From the NCBI GenBank assembly GCA_951406725.2, contig OX597817.1:31558001-31622000 (forward strand): DNA of 64,000 nt. The letters run 5' to 3'. Each line of letters opens with the position of its first letter. The first letter of the stretch is position 1. Positions 27,599 to 41,071 of this stretch are shown here, piece after piece. This DNA comes from Octopus vulgaris (lineage: Eukaryota). The notes beneath the pieces are model-generated. The model was given only the letters and a program-made list of their open reading frames with translations, was not told the origin of the DNA and did not search any database. Position numbers and translations under genes: made by a program.

Positions 27599-28241
27599 TT
27601 GTATATGAGAATTTGTATACATAAATTGAAACTGTATGAGGAATATAAAACAAGAATAAACACACACACACACGTGCATATATCCTGGTAGTTATTCTAG
27701 AATTAGTAATAGGAAGAAATTATCGAACGCATTCATTATGAGGAAAATTAGATTTAAAATAATGTGATAAGATTGTATGTAATTCTCAATAATTAACACC
27801 ACATCTATAGGTTTAGAATTTGAGCAAAATCCCATTTCTGCTCGCCTGATCTTAAGTAGTACTTTGCGATTTTCTGTGACTTGTCAACTAAATTAACCAT
27901 CCAACCTTCTTACTTCCAGTCTTGCTACTTGTAATAAATGCCTTAAACCAACGAGCCATAATGTTATCCACTTATCGAAATGGCTACAGAATGTCGAAAT
28001 GTCGAGATAAGACCACTAGATTGTTCTGATAAGTAATTTATCTGCAATGTCTTCAGAAGTAGGTGCTTCAGGTTCACGGATATATCCCGTTCATTCGCTC
28101 ATTTTAATTTTTATCTCTTTAGCCAATTTGCACCCATCTCTAAAAAAAGTGGAGCGGGGAGCTCGGACCCTTTTGAACGTTGAGCATTTTTACTTAAACA
28201 AGGCTAAGTGTGAAAATAAGTGTTCTCTCCCTATTTCTCTC

Positions 28242-28245
<4 letters not shown>

Positions 28246-28339
<94 letters not shown>

Positions 28340-28340
28340 G
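28246..28340. repeat. (CT)n(CA)n microsatellite
   Basis: Direct reading. Confidence 0.95.
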
Positions 28341-29094
28341 CAAACACAACAAGCAGAATTAAGATCTTTGCGAAAAGACATTAACAGCTTATCGTGAGGA
28401 CTGGGCCGGATGCAGAATTTTTTGGGGCTGCCGAAAAAGTATACAATCTCTTGGATTTATAAATCGTGGATTGAATTAACTTTCAAAAATATATTAACAA
28501 TGTAGATTTTTCAAATATGTCTACAAGTTTGGAACGGAAAATAAGGCACTTGCAACGACTGTCTGCCCAAATAATCTTAATAATCAAATATATTTTAATT
28601 ACTTACACTCTTCTCAAAATCAACTGTGTTTATTAAACTATAGAACCAAGACTGAATTTTTCGTTTTTCAAAATTTCTGCAAACGTTGGACCTATAAGCA
28701 GGGATTACTGTAGTATTTCTATTAGTTCAAAATTTGAGTTAAATTTTAAACTTCTCAAGGTCATTGTTGCAAAATGGGGAACGCTTGTTCCCCTTCCCCC
28801 TTATATGTTTAGCTCTCTCTACCCATTAGAAGATTAATTGCTACATTTGCCATATAGTCCTTTAAGCTAAGAAAAGTACATGCAACATATGTATTTTGAA
28901 AAATGCTTCAGATAGAAATTATTTACAATCTGTTAGACTTTGAGAAATTTGCCTCACTTGAAGGAATTGAAGGACTATGTTTCAAATAATGTTTTATTCA
29001 AATTACAGTAAACGGACAAAATTTATTGCTGAAACCTTTAAGTTTTAGCTAGACTGTACAATTTGAATTAATTATTTACAATACTTTACGGAAT

Positions 29095-29290
29095 GTATAT
29101 GTCTAAGTTGCAATATTTACAACGTATATGTCTAAGTTGCAATATTTACAACGTATATGTCTAAGTTGCAATATTTACAACGTATATGTCTAAGTTGCAA
29201 TATTTACAACGTATATGTCTAAGTTGCAATATTTACAACGTATATGTCTAAGTTGCAATATTTACAACGTATATGTCTAAGTTGCAATAT
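29095..29290. repeat. Perfect 29-bp minisatellite, 6.8 copies (gtatatgtctaagttgcaatatttacaac)
   Basis: Identical head-to-tail units with no spacers. Confidence 0.95.
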
Positions 29291-29718
29291 GAAAACTCGA
29301 GATATATGAACCATTTGAAGAAAAATCGATTCCATTTCTACTACAACAAAATTTGGGACTTGCTTCATATAGTAATAACGTTAGTACAGTTTCTGCATAT
29401 TTAGGAAAAGCTGTATAACTTCATGGAATCTTACCAAACTCTTAGGCATATGGATACTATGAAGCAACTGTTCATATCGAAAGAGGTGGTATGAAGTTCC
29501 AGTGAATTATATATCTCGGTGTTTATTAAAGGATATTTTAACATACCAGTCTTGAATCATCGAATTGATATTTTTGCTTTGAAGCTTTAGTTCATACCTT
29601 GACGAGTAAACCTATATTCAAAATATTTCCATCAGTGACCATCCCATATATTTTATATATTATTAAATTATCTAATATCCATATATTATTAAATTATCTA
29701 ATTTGTTCTTACTATTTC

Positions 29719-29784
<66 letters not shown>

Positions 29785-29854
29785 TAGATAGATAGATATA
29801 GGGTAAAGAATTATTAATTTGATATATATATAAAATATAATTAAGGGTTTATAT

Positions 29855-30040
29855 ATATAATTAAGGGTTTAGCAACAAGTTGTTTCACCACATACCGAAA
29901 ATTTAGAAATACCAGCCAAAGACAGCTAATTCCTTTTCACTACAGATATGACTCCACAAAAGGAATTAACTGTCTTTGGCTGCTATTTCTAAATTTTCGG
30001 TATGTAGTGAAGCAACTTGTTGCTAAACCCTTAATTATAT
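29855..30040. repeat. Foldback inverted repeat, 83-bp arms and 20-bp spacer, between (TA)n tracts
   Basis: 29855-29937 is the reverse complement of 29958-30040 with 4 differences. Confidence 0.95.
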
Positions 30041-30041
30041 T

Positions 30042-30080
<39 letters not shown>

Positions 30081-30192
30081 TAGGATTGATTTGCTTTGCT
30101 TTATTTTTGTTGGATTTAATAAATTTAATCCCATCCCATATATTGTCATTTTAAAAAATACAACGAAATGTGTAATTATCATTACTGTATGA

Positions 30193-30393
30193 CAGTGCTT
30201 TTCAAACTTTTTGCTGGAGCGGAACCCCAAGGAAACATTCCACTGGCTCGAGGAACCCCTGTGCAATAATTTAATAGTCTTATGCACACATATCTGCACA
30301 GGAGACTTAAAAATTACTGCCGATTTTAGCAGTTTTGTAACTTCTTGCGGAACCCCTGGACTGTACTGGCGGAACCCTGGTTGAAAACTACTG
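30193..30393. mobile_element. hAT (Buster/Charlie-type) MITE
   Basis: TIRs cagtgcttttcaa / ttgaaaactactg; exact TSD ctgtatga (30185-30192, 30394-30401); repeated ggaaccc subterminal motifs. Confidence 0.9.
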
Positions 30394-31336
30394 CTGTATG
30401 AGGTCATTTGGATCCTCTGTTAATCGTCACGAAAATGTACACTGTCTCGGATATATTAATAACTGTTTCACAACCTGAATATATGTTTGAGAGATTGGTG
30501 GCAGAAGTTTTAAATGTTTCTATTCTGATACAACGACAGTCTTCATGGGTTTTATAAGCTACCATGTAGTTTCAAACAGAGTATTTTTTCAGTGAGTAGA
30601 TTTCTTCATAATCAGGATTATTTTTTTTAAAAAAGTCCTTAGAATTTTAAGTTGAGTAGAGTTTCGTAATATCTACCTAAATGAAACAAAGCAGCTCTAA
30701 CTGCTCATAATTACATTTACTCAAGTGCGTACTTCTCTACTTACGCACACGCAGATGCACGCTTTTCTCTCTCTCTATCTCCCCTCTCTCTCTCTATCTC
30801 ACGCACACACATGTATACTTATTTCTAAATATGCATGGGATATATATACAGACATATAACCCTGCATGTATTTCTGCGGTTTTTTTCCTTCCCTTATCAC
30901 AACACGACATCAACTTCAAAGGATTTTTTTCTTCATTTCGTGATTGTAACAACGTTACGTGGCCCGAATCTATTTTTATCTTTATTTACTCACATGTCAT
31001 GTGATACCCTGATACCCTGGTTTTTAAAAGCAGAATCCCTTGTCATTAAAGACTAACATAAGATTTCTCTCGCGCTCTCTCTAGTAATTCGAATTTGAAG
31101 CTAAATTATGCCAGGGAAGTTACATAGTCTTGGAGCCTAACCTCCGTATGCAGTCGGCTGATCAGCAACCAAATTTTCTCAAATCACACACAGCACCCAT
31201 AAAAAGGAAAGATATATCGTAGTGTAGTTCTAAAACTTTTTACTCATAGCCAACCTGGAGCAATGACCAGCACCATCTATCAAATGGTTTTGAGATGTGA
31301 AGTCAATGTCAGCCGAATATCAAAAGACAAGTTAAA

Positions 31337-31610
31337 TTAGTTAGTTAGTTAGTTAGTTAGTTAATTTGGCTCAAAAGCAAATAGCAAGGCCAAGTAGGGG
31401 GACATGGAGTTAAGTACAGGGTTGTGTTTATGTAAAGAGTTCAGGCCACTTGAGGTCAAGGGAGGCTTTGAACAAAGCGGTCGTCGGCATCTTCACCATC
31501 TCGTCTGGCAGCTTGTTCCACGGATCCGCAACCCGGACGGAGAAAGCTCCTCTCCTTCAATTGAGATGAAATCGTCGCAGGTTGAGCTTTTCGGAATGAC
31601 CCCGCAGCCG
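31337..31610 (-). mobile_element. CR1-type LINE 3' end (ORF2 C-terminus, 3' UTR, (CTAA)n tail)
   Basis: Minus translation RLRGHSEKLNLRRFHLN*RRGAFSVRVADPWNKLPDEMVKMPTTALFKASLD matches the CR1 RGH..KL / FS.RV..WN.LP / FK..LD motifs. Confidence 0.85.
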
Positions 31611-33077
31611 AAATGTATTCCGTTTTGTGTTATATTCAGTTAACCCTGCTTTAGGGTGACGAGAACACTCTCCTTTCACTTTCTGTTAGAGAATTATTTT
31701 CATGCACCTTGACGTGAGACACCAGAAACAGGTTTTCATTAAATATACTCTTGATAAGATACAGATCTCAATTTTACTATGGTACTTATTGTAGACATAA
31801 GTGATTTTATTTAGTTGCCTTGTACACTGAGGGGCGAGACAAGAGTGAACCTGACCCAGTTTCAAACCAAACACCGAGCCGTACTACAGGCTTGCAATTA
31901 CTAATTCTGAAAGCGACGCAAACATAAAATCTTCTATTTCTGTAATATTTTGGGAAAATATAAAATGTTTTATGAATGTTATACTGTAAGCCATAGGGGA
32001 ATAAGAGCCACAACACGATTGTTACTGTAAACAAAAAGCAGAACAGGAAAAAATATTATTATAGGCGTCTCATTAGAATATTTTAAAAAAATGAATATTT
32101 TAAAAAATGATCATGTGACACTAATGAATTTCTGAGAAGAGTCGAAACGACAAATGGTTTGACACCGCCGCTTTAGACCGCATCATAACTTCATTCTTGG
32201 AATGACTTCTCTTATTTACCACTTGTAACTAATAACTATCTTCTCGGACTCTATTCAAAAGCCCATAGTCCGAAAAAGCGATGGCTTCTCTCCGAGCTCC
32301 ACACACACAGATCGTCAAAACATTCGATGTGGATTTAGTCCCAATTTCAAAAGATGCATTTTGCTTCGTTCCTTCACTTGCAGAATCACCAACTTTTTGT
32401 TGATTTTACACTGATCAGAAAGCTGAATGTATGCAATGCTATTATTAGTTTATATAATGTGTATGTTATACAAGATATAATTCCTAATAGCCTAATATAA
32501 TTGAGACTCATGTGCTTTATTATTATTTTTTTTTCTTCCCTATTTTCAGCTCACTTCTCGAAAACCCAGATCAAATTACAAAGCTACCATTTTGATTTTT
32601 AACATTGGGACTGACTAGTGTTAGGTTGTGTTGATGTGATTAAGGCAAAGCGGGATACCCGACAGTCGACGAACGTGCTGTGCATGTAATTGTTAGTAAA
32701 TATTTAAAATGTCGCAGCAACTCAAACAGAATTAAACAGTTTCGTTTTTTGACCTTTTAAACTATTTATTTATCTTCACCGGCAAGCACCGTTGAGCAAG
32801 AGGTAAGCACAACCCACCACTCTCTCTCTCACACACACATATACTCCCACCCCCGCACGTAGTCTGAGGACGTAACACGGTTTCGATACCAGGTTAAAGC
32901 GCATTGTATTTAACATACGCAGCTATTGCCCTTGGGGAAAATATGAACATCAAAAATTGTCATTTACTCCGCCTTCAAATATAACGACTCGGTTGCCGTA
33001 TCACAAAGAAAACTCGTTATACCACTTGCTTGTTGTTTTGCATCTTCTGTTCATTTCTTATACTTGTTTTTTTTTTT

Positions 33078-33414
33078 GTGACCCCCTTCGATCAGACACT
33101 AACCATGGGTTTGCACCTAGAGAGTTACCCTCTGAGGCGCAAGTCTGGACAAAGTTGTTTTATGGAAGACCAGCAGTCGCCCATGCATACCGGTCTCCCC
33201 TCTCCACGTCACCGATGTTGTCCAAGGGAAAGGCAAGGGCCGATTCAGCTTGGCACCTGTGACGTCGCAACTCATTTCTACAGCTGAGTGAGCTGGAGCA
33301 ACGTGAAATAAAGTGTCTTGCTCAAGAACACAACACGCAGCCCGGTCCGGGATTCGAGCTCACAACCTCACGATCGTAAGCTCGACGCTCTAACCACTGA
33401 GCCACGCGCCTTCA
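33078..33414 (-). mobile_element. tRNA-derived SINE family C (CORE-like domain)
   Basis: Head gaaggcgcgtggctcagtggttagagcg...gctcgaatccc; cttgagcaagacacttt...ctcagctgtagaaatgag; copies at 48256 and 63469. Confidence 0.9.
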
Positions 33415-34199
33415 TATTTTTTATACTATACACCAGTTAACCGGTCACTTATTATTACTTGTTTTCCTAGACACATACATTCTGTAAAGTTTTCTTCTAT
33501 TTACAGTGTTGATATGCTTCATGATTCTTAATCCATTGCTCATCAGATTTTATCAACAAAGACATTGGATTTCCGTTAACACCATAGTTAAGAGGGATAA
33601 CACCAAACCGCTATATGCCATCTCAATATTGAATTCAATGATTAAGACAAGAAATAGATTCGGCTATTTTAACAGTAACATATTTCTAGATTCATCTGAC
33701 ACTAAATAACCTCGTGTAGCAAGTGCTTTAATGTACTCTGAAGCTGTCGACCAGATAAATCTGAAATTCAGTGACCCAAGTTTGTGTTCTACAAGCCGTC
33801 ACTTTCACTTCTAAAAGCAGCTTCAGAGGTATATAAACCGGCACCTTGTGGCTGTTTGTACACAAAATATTTTAAAATATTCAAAATTTAACATGGAAAC
33901 TTTCACAAGAGTTATGGTGTCGTTTGTCAAGTTCTTCAGTTGTTTTTTTCTTTTTTCTTGTCGAATCAAATTATTTTGGGTCTGAGCGTGCTATTTCAAT
34001 TATATTTGGTCAAATCAATATTTCTGAGGAAGATTAAGCATACAGCTATTTAGCGTGTGTAATTTTTTGTCAGTTCTTCATCAGCCTCTTCATGGAATCC
34101 TTACTGCTTCATCAACCACGAAGCATAAGTAATAATGATAATTAATCATCATAACTTCAATCAACACCCTTTTTTTTCTTTTACTAAATTGACATCATT

Positions 34200-35050
34200 A
34201 ATAGAAGTCATGTCACTGTCACCATACTCATTCTGGTTCAATCTATTTCTCTACTTTCTCAAAATTGCACTTGCTAAAATTGTATCATGAAAGGTAGTGT
34301 TGCCTTGTACGAACTTGTAAGTAATGTAAATAACAATTATTTTTGAACGTTGATTTATTTAGCTCCGAAATCATCATTTTGGTGGGCTCATTTGGTCAGT
34401 GACGTTCAATGCCTGCATCTCTGATTTCCAAATTAAACAAACCAGTCAGGTGCGAATATTTTCTCCTGGTCTCACAAAAGAAATTTCCCTTTAATTTATG
34501 GTGCTATATGCATATTTCTGAGCCAAAATCTGAAATATTTTCAGCTTTTTCTTCTACGAGTTGTTAAAATTGCTAAATACAGATGTAGTTTCAAATAAAT
34601 CTGGTTTGACTTGAATAACTTCTATTGATTGTTTGGGATTGAATAGTTGTAACATTTTTATCTTACGAACAGCTTCAGTATTTCATTAAAGTTTGAATAT
34701 CTCTGACAAACGGAATAAGAATAGCTGCTTCTTTTTTTACAATTTTTTCAACTTATCACACAATGATAGTGCTACATCTGTAAGAAACTCCACAGATGAG
34801 CCATACAAATAAACAAGTCTTTGCAACTACTCTATCTCCGCGTTGAAAAATAAATGGTCAAAGGTTTCATCATTTGCTGCACAACATTGCGTCGTGAACG
34901 GAGAGAATGTGATTTAATTCTATATAGTTCCTCACCGAGTTTCTTGGAACCGAGATGGTATCTGTGCAGCAAACAATGAACAGTAATTGAGTATGACGAC
35001 AAAACTTTTGAACCAGTCACCATTGGTAATTCACAGTTGGAAACCAACGC
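34200..35050 (-). pseudogene. Highly degraded hAT (Buster/Charlie-like) transposase relic
   Basis: Colinear motifs on the minus strand: VHCLLHRY (HCxxH), IKSHSL.SR, DHLFFNAEI (LLxHxEVRW-like), ATLPF and K*RNRLN (KxRNRL dimerization region); many frameshifts. Confidence 0.6.
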
Positions 35051-35114
35051 GGTAATATACTAGTGGGAACTATAGTGTTTGTTCAAAAAATCCTTCAAAC
35101 ACTGAACAATTATC

Positions 35115-36483
35115 GGATCTATCAAGTTTGGCTCACAAATTTTTTAATTATTTTTTTTTTTAACTAAACAGTTTTGAAACTTCGTATACTGGTGTAATTT
35201 CTCACGCAGAACACGGTTTACTTTGAACATTTTTGACAAAATTTCGTATTTTAGGAGTTATTTCGTGTTAAAGTTGTCGTATTTAGGTAATGTTAACCAA
35301 TCAACGACGTGTATTCATTTGAAGAAAGCTACTGTTGTTTGCGATAGAAATAACTTCCGGGTCATCTCAACTAAATGTCACCATGCTGTTTTTCTTTCTT
35401 TTTCTTTTTTTTTAACTGCCTGTGTTGCATATTACACGCTTTGCTTTCTTTCTCTTTTTCCTTTTTTTTCTTTTTTTTTTTGGTTACTCACGTCGGAGTA
35501 ACTAGTAAACATCGAAGAATCAACACCAAGAAGGAAGAAATATTATTTACATATAATTATTCGTTTTCCCGACATTAGTATTTAAGCCGCGGGGCCGAAT
35601 TTTAGGGGAAAAATTTGATTTTATCCACACATAAAGTGTTTAAAAGAACTATAGAGCTACAGGTCCGGAGCTAGCTTTTTTGTTGTTGACGTGTATGTAG
35701 TTTCAAAATATTTTATTTTACAACTATGAGATGTATTGTTGTTGCTTTGATTTTATCTTACTATAATCAACAACGAACATATTTCGTCAATATAAAAGTC
35801 TTTATTAGATTTAAAATAATATTATCAAAACATGAAGGTAAAAACAAAACAAATACACTTCGTTTTCTTCCAAGCACCAATGTAGTGTAGCTGTAGTCTT
35901 TCACGTTGTTCACCAACCGACCTTCCCTCTGAAAAAAATCAGTGGAATCAGTTGATCTCTATACACAAACTATTTTCATCTTGGAATTTATAAAGAAAGT
36001 ACACCTTTCTATAACCGCACACTAAATTTTCTAGGTGAAAATAGCGGCTATACACCGGAAAATACAGTAATTGTAGTGGCAGTGACAAGTTCGCTCGCTG
36101 TGGTTGGTAGTTGATAATGAAGTGGCTGTCAGTAGAGAGGAAAAGAGTAAGGAATGCACGGTGCTGACCAGAAAGGAAGAAAGAATAACATACGAATAGA
36201 ACAGAGTGGTAACATTTAATAGAGATGACCCGGAAGTTGTTCCTCTTCGATTACTATTGTTAAACAGCAGTAGCTTTCTTCAACTGAATACACGTCATTG
36301 ATTGATTAAAATTACCTAAATACGACAACTTTAAACGAAATAACTTCTAAAACACGAAATTTTGTAAAACATATTCAAAGTAAACCGTGTTCTGCGTGAG
36401 AAATTACATTAGTATACGAAGTTTCAAACTGTTTAGTTAAAAGAAATAATTTTAAAAATCTGTGAACCAAACTGAACAGATCC
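35115..36483. mobile_element. Non-autonomous DNA transposon with ~255-bp TIRs, GGATC termini and 8-bp TSD (Merlin- or Mutator-like)
   Basis: 35115-35368 is inverted to 36222-36483; exact TSD caattatc (35107-35114, 36484-36491). Confidence 0.85.
35558..36069. mobile_element. Possible Tc2/pogo-type MITE nested in the long-TIR element
   Basis: Right end gcggctatacaccggaaaatacagta; degenerate left end ttcgttttcccgac...taagccgc. Confidence 0.4.
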
Positions 36484-37439
36484 CAATTATCTTTCCCATC
36501 GCATTGTTTCTAGGTACGTGGCAAACAAAAATTCGTAATGAAGGCATTTAAAGTTTGGACTACAGTGCGTTACATAGACATAATTTCAACTGCTTTATGT
36601 TGACTCACTGAATTTGACGGAAAAGCCTGCTGTTATGAAACTCAGAAAATAAGACATTCTCCATATCATCGCTTTCTCATAATTGTGTCGCTGCATTGAT
36701 TTGCACCTTGTGACATGCATTTTAGAGCAGGTTGAGAGTTTTTCTTTGTAATTTCAGTATTTTCTGATGGCATGCTTTTTCTCTCTCAGACGAGATACAA
36801 TTATCCACTCTACATGAAAGAAGATAAGATATGATGCCTTCAGTTATGTTTCATTCTCAACACTCACAGATGCTTTATAGATTCTCTTTAAAGGTATCCG
36901 CTTGTGTGACACGATAGCTGAACTGAAAACTTGCCGTTTACTATAGGTTCACAGCTTATGATTCCTTATTCCGTTGGGCATATTTGATGACGCCATGCAA
37001 CTTTTTCAGTTAAAATTATGTCAAGCAGAACCTCCGAAGCTCAGAAATCGTTTCACATTCCACAGTATAATTATCAAATGAACCAGCCACTTTTTTTAAA
37101 CTATCTTCGAATTTCACTGAGTGACATTTTTTTTATTTCTAACGCGATAAAACAATTACTTGAAATGCATTAAGATGACTATTAGCGAAATGTATATATT
37201 AAAAATACGCCTCTTTTAAACTATTATAGAATAGGAGGTAAACGAATTGCCACTGTTTGCAGAGAATTTTACACACTTAATACTCTGTTAAGTGAAAAAA
37301 AAGCATATTTTGTTACTCTTAATATGCCATCATTTCTGAACCGCATCAGCATTTGCAGCTCACCTCATCGCCGCCCTTTTAAGTTGAATCGTCAAATGTA
37401 TAGCTTATGTCAAACATGACTAACTCAGTATTAAATATC

Positions 37440-37472
<33 letters not shown>

Positions 37473-38006
37473 TGTGTGTGTGTGTGTGTGTGTCCGTTAA
37501 TGATAATACATCGCAAATTCGTTTTATGCGCAATTTATGCCAAACAATAATGAGATGACTAACTTATCCAGTTGGAGAAATATCCGTGCCATATGTCGCA
37601 GGAGCTTTACGAAATTTTTGGCATAATCTTAGCATAAACTTTTAAATTTACAATATATAGTATTACTAAGAATATGTGTGTGTGTGTGTGTGTGTGTAAT
37701 GGAACGCCCTAATTTTGCTCATGCAAACACCTATAATGTGTGTGTGCGCGTGTGTTTTATCAGATGCATTTAATCCATTGAGATAAAGTACTAAAAGTTA
37801 TTCTCTTTGATGTGAACAAGTGAAATTACGTAGTTACAGGCATCTATGTCTTCACATACATAATAACTGCCCTTGTCTATGTTATCTGATAAAGTTTCAG
37901 TATCCCTTTCGACCGAAGCAGCTCTGTTGTTCCAGTTGGCCAACTCTTAAGGAGGGATCCTTTTCTTCGCACATCCAACAGTACTGAAAACACTATTCTT
38001 TAAATG

Positions 38007-38387
38007 GTGGAGGCGCAATGGCCCAGTGGTTAGGGCAGCGGACTCGAGGTCGTAGGATCGCGGTTTCGATTCCCAGACCGGGCGTTGTGAGTGTTTATTG
38101 AGCGAAAACACCTAAAGCTCCACGAGGCTCCGGCAGGGATGGTGGTGATCCCTGCTGTACTCTTTCACCACAACTTTCTCTCACTCTTACTTCCTGCTTC
38201 TGTTGTACCTGTATTTCAAAGGGCCGACCTTGTCACTCTCTGTGTCACGCTGAATATCCCCGAGAACTACGTTAAGGGTACACGTGTCTGTGGAGTGCTC
38301 AGCCACTAAACGTTAATTTCACGAGCAGGCTGTTCCGTTGATCGAATCAACCGGAACCCTCGTCGTCGTAACCGACGGAGTGCTTCC
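38007..38387 (+). mobile_element. tRNA-derived SINE family D, full length, 12-bp TSD
   Basis: A box tggcccagtgg, B box ggtttcgattccc; TSD attctttaaatg at 37995-38006 and 38388-38399. Confidence 0.9.
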
Positions 38388-38647
38388 ATTCTTTAAATGT
38401 CCGTAATAAGAAATTAACTGATTTTTTTTTTTCTGCTGCTTTTTCTTCCAAGTTTCTAAATTTCTCATATTCTTTTTGTATTCCATTTCCGATATTTTTA
38501 AACTGCATCACCTTGTAACCACTCCTTAGCTGAAAGTCTTTCCGCATATTTCAAAAAATATTTTTATAATCTAATTTCAGTATTTAACCAATGTAACTGT
38601 TATAAATATTTAATTCTCAGTTTGATATTTCTGACGTTTCCCCACAG

Positions 38648-38701
38648 AATTCGACAGCGTGTCGCAAAGTTAGAGACGAATATTTGCCATAAGATAATGA
38701 G
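38648..38701 (+). CDS. Candidate 54-nt internal exon (xIRQRVAKLETNICHKIMx), gene unknown
   Basis: Acceptor ttctgacgtttccccacAG, donor GAG|GTGAGT, length a multiple of 3, only one open frame; no homology recognised. Confidence 0.35.
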
Positions 38702-40673
38702 GTGAGTGTAATAATAGGAATAGAGTGTTACAATGTGAAAGTCCTATTCTATGAATAAGTTATCATTTCATAATTGGCAACAGATATGACATTTTTCGAT
38801 TAGAGTCTACTCGACTTATGAATTTATATAATCATTCGCATCATTATCGTTTTAACGTCAATTTTTCCATGTTTGCACGGGTCAGATTAGTTTCGTTGAG
38901 GCAGAATTTTCTGCAGTCTGATGCTCAATCTGCCCCCCACCATCTGTTTGCAACATCAAAACCAGGAGATTTACACATATACAAATGTCAGTGTGTATGT
39001 TAAAAGAATTTGAAGCGAAAAATAAGAATAGTTGAAATGGTATTTAATTGGCAATTATAATGATAATGTAAGGTGTTGGTATTACAACTAAGCATGAAAA
39101 TAGTTAGTTTTAAACTATTTTATTGGGAAAATCATTCAACTAGTTCAACTTCTCTTTTATCAATTTAGGAATTATTCTCAAAGGGAAAAAGAAACCTAAA
39201 AATAGAAAAATGTTATTAATTTGTAATTTTAAAAAAACGAATAGACTGACTTAACTGTAATTATATAAAGCTGACTGGAAACCCTTATCTGAACTATATA
39301 TTTTGTAGCTATAAGAAAGTATTTTCTCAGAATTCCGACCGAGTAGACAATTCTTCGCAAACACTATTTGAATGGTCTAGGCCACATCAATCTTAATGTT
39401 TCAGTTTCTTATATCTAATACAAGATTTTATCTTGGCCAAAATTCTACATGCAAACACACGTGGAACATTATTGTTTTTAAGACCCCATACATCGCCGAA
39501 CAATGAAATGGTATTTCTTCTGTGTTTATGAGTGTATATACTAAAAGTATCCGACTTTAAAATAAGTAGGACAACTGATGTAAATTTAGAATTGTTTTGA
39601 TCAAGGGCTTATAGGCTATTTTGTTTAGTTCTCGATGACAATTATATTAGTTGATGCAAATGCACTCGCAAACCTCTTTTCTTTTACTAAATTAAGTGTA
39701 GGAGACAGTCTTATAGAATTTTAAAACATTTAAAGGAATTTGGGTGGTGGTAGAAATCTTAATAAATAAAAAGAAAATTGCCTTTGCCACTGGGTTTGCT
39801 ACTTCTAAATTATACCATTATTTTTTTCTGATCTATTTCCAGTGTCTTTAACTCTATTACAAGATGGGGATGGGGGCGATGTAGCATATTTCATCTCTAA
39901 ACACACTTCTTACTTTCATTGAGTATTGTAACAATTATGTTTGACTTCCTTCTCTAGCAAAAACAGAATTTTCAATTTAATAAATTTTTTTGCGAACATC
40001 ATGCATACATATTTTTCTAGTGCACTCGTCTCTCCAATATTGACGACACTTTAATTAATTAATTATAGGAGTCTGGTACATTCCGTTCAAAATGATAGAT
40101 TAAACGATTGATATATTTCGTACCTAATTAATTACTTTGTTCTCCGCATTTAATAGTAAAATACCAGCAATACTTCGTAACTATGATAAATGTCACCCAC
40201 CAAAAGTAATGGGTGATAATGATATTAGCACATAATCACATGTAAACAATGACTGTTTTTTATAGTATGGTGAAGTGAACGATTCAATGATAGGCATACA
40301 AATTTAATTAAAAATAACTTTACTATTTACTACAAAATTTACAATATTGTCTCCAGTGCATTAAAAGATTTACATTTATCATCATTCCAGAAATTCGTAG
40401 TTAAACTACGAACTCCAAGTTCCAGTATTATTTCCTTGTTTTCTATCCATTACATAATAAAATTGTTCATATTTCTTGTCCTACATACACTGTTGATTCT
40501 GTCATGTTCACATTTTCTCAGTTTGATCCACTGGGCAGTTGAGAAACACCTAATATGTCTGATCACTTTCATTTTGTTTGTCATATTATCATTCACCTTT
40601 ACTCTACTTCTCGTTTGAATCTTTCAAATGTTATTAATATTGTAACAAGTATACGCTGCCAAATTTTTATGTG

Positions 40674-40736
40674 GATTATGTGTATGCCTTGTCTATATAA
40701 ACATAATGTTTATATAGACAAGCCATACACATAATC
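40674..40736. repeat. Near-perfect palindrome, 30-bp arms and 3-nt loop
   Basis: gattatgtgtatgccttgtctatataaaca-taa-tgtttatatagacaagccatacacataatc, one mismatch. Confidence 0.9.
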
Positions 40737-40801
40737 TATATAAACATAATGTTAACTATATATTTGTTTTTTTTCTCTGTCTCTTGTATAAGTGAGTGTA
40801 T

Positions 40802-40839
<38 letters not shown>

Positions 40840-40856
40840 ATATATATGTATGTATG

Positions 40857-40892
<36 letters not shown>

Positions 40893-41071
40893 TATAATCA
40901 GGTGATATTTATAATGGATGTCATGTATACGTATTATAATATATATGTTTACGTATATATCATCATCAGGGGTGTTAAAGGATGATGACATAATGATAAT
41001 ATACTATTTATAAGTATACATATAATTTACATCATACATAATGTAAATTACATATGTAAATTATACATAAA

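Noticed and set aside
29095-29290. 29-bp partly palindromic repeats resembling a CRISPR array
   Set aside because: Units are contiguous with no spacers, there are no cas genes, and the context is eukaryotic; it is a minisatellite.
38007-38085. tRNA gene (also the heads at 33340-33414, 48520-48593 and 63469-63540)
   Set aside because: These tRNA-like heads continue into SINE bodies with TSDs or multiple copies and lack a clean acceptor stem.
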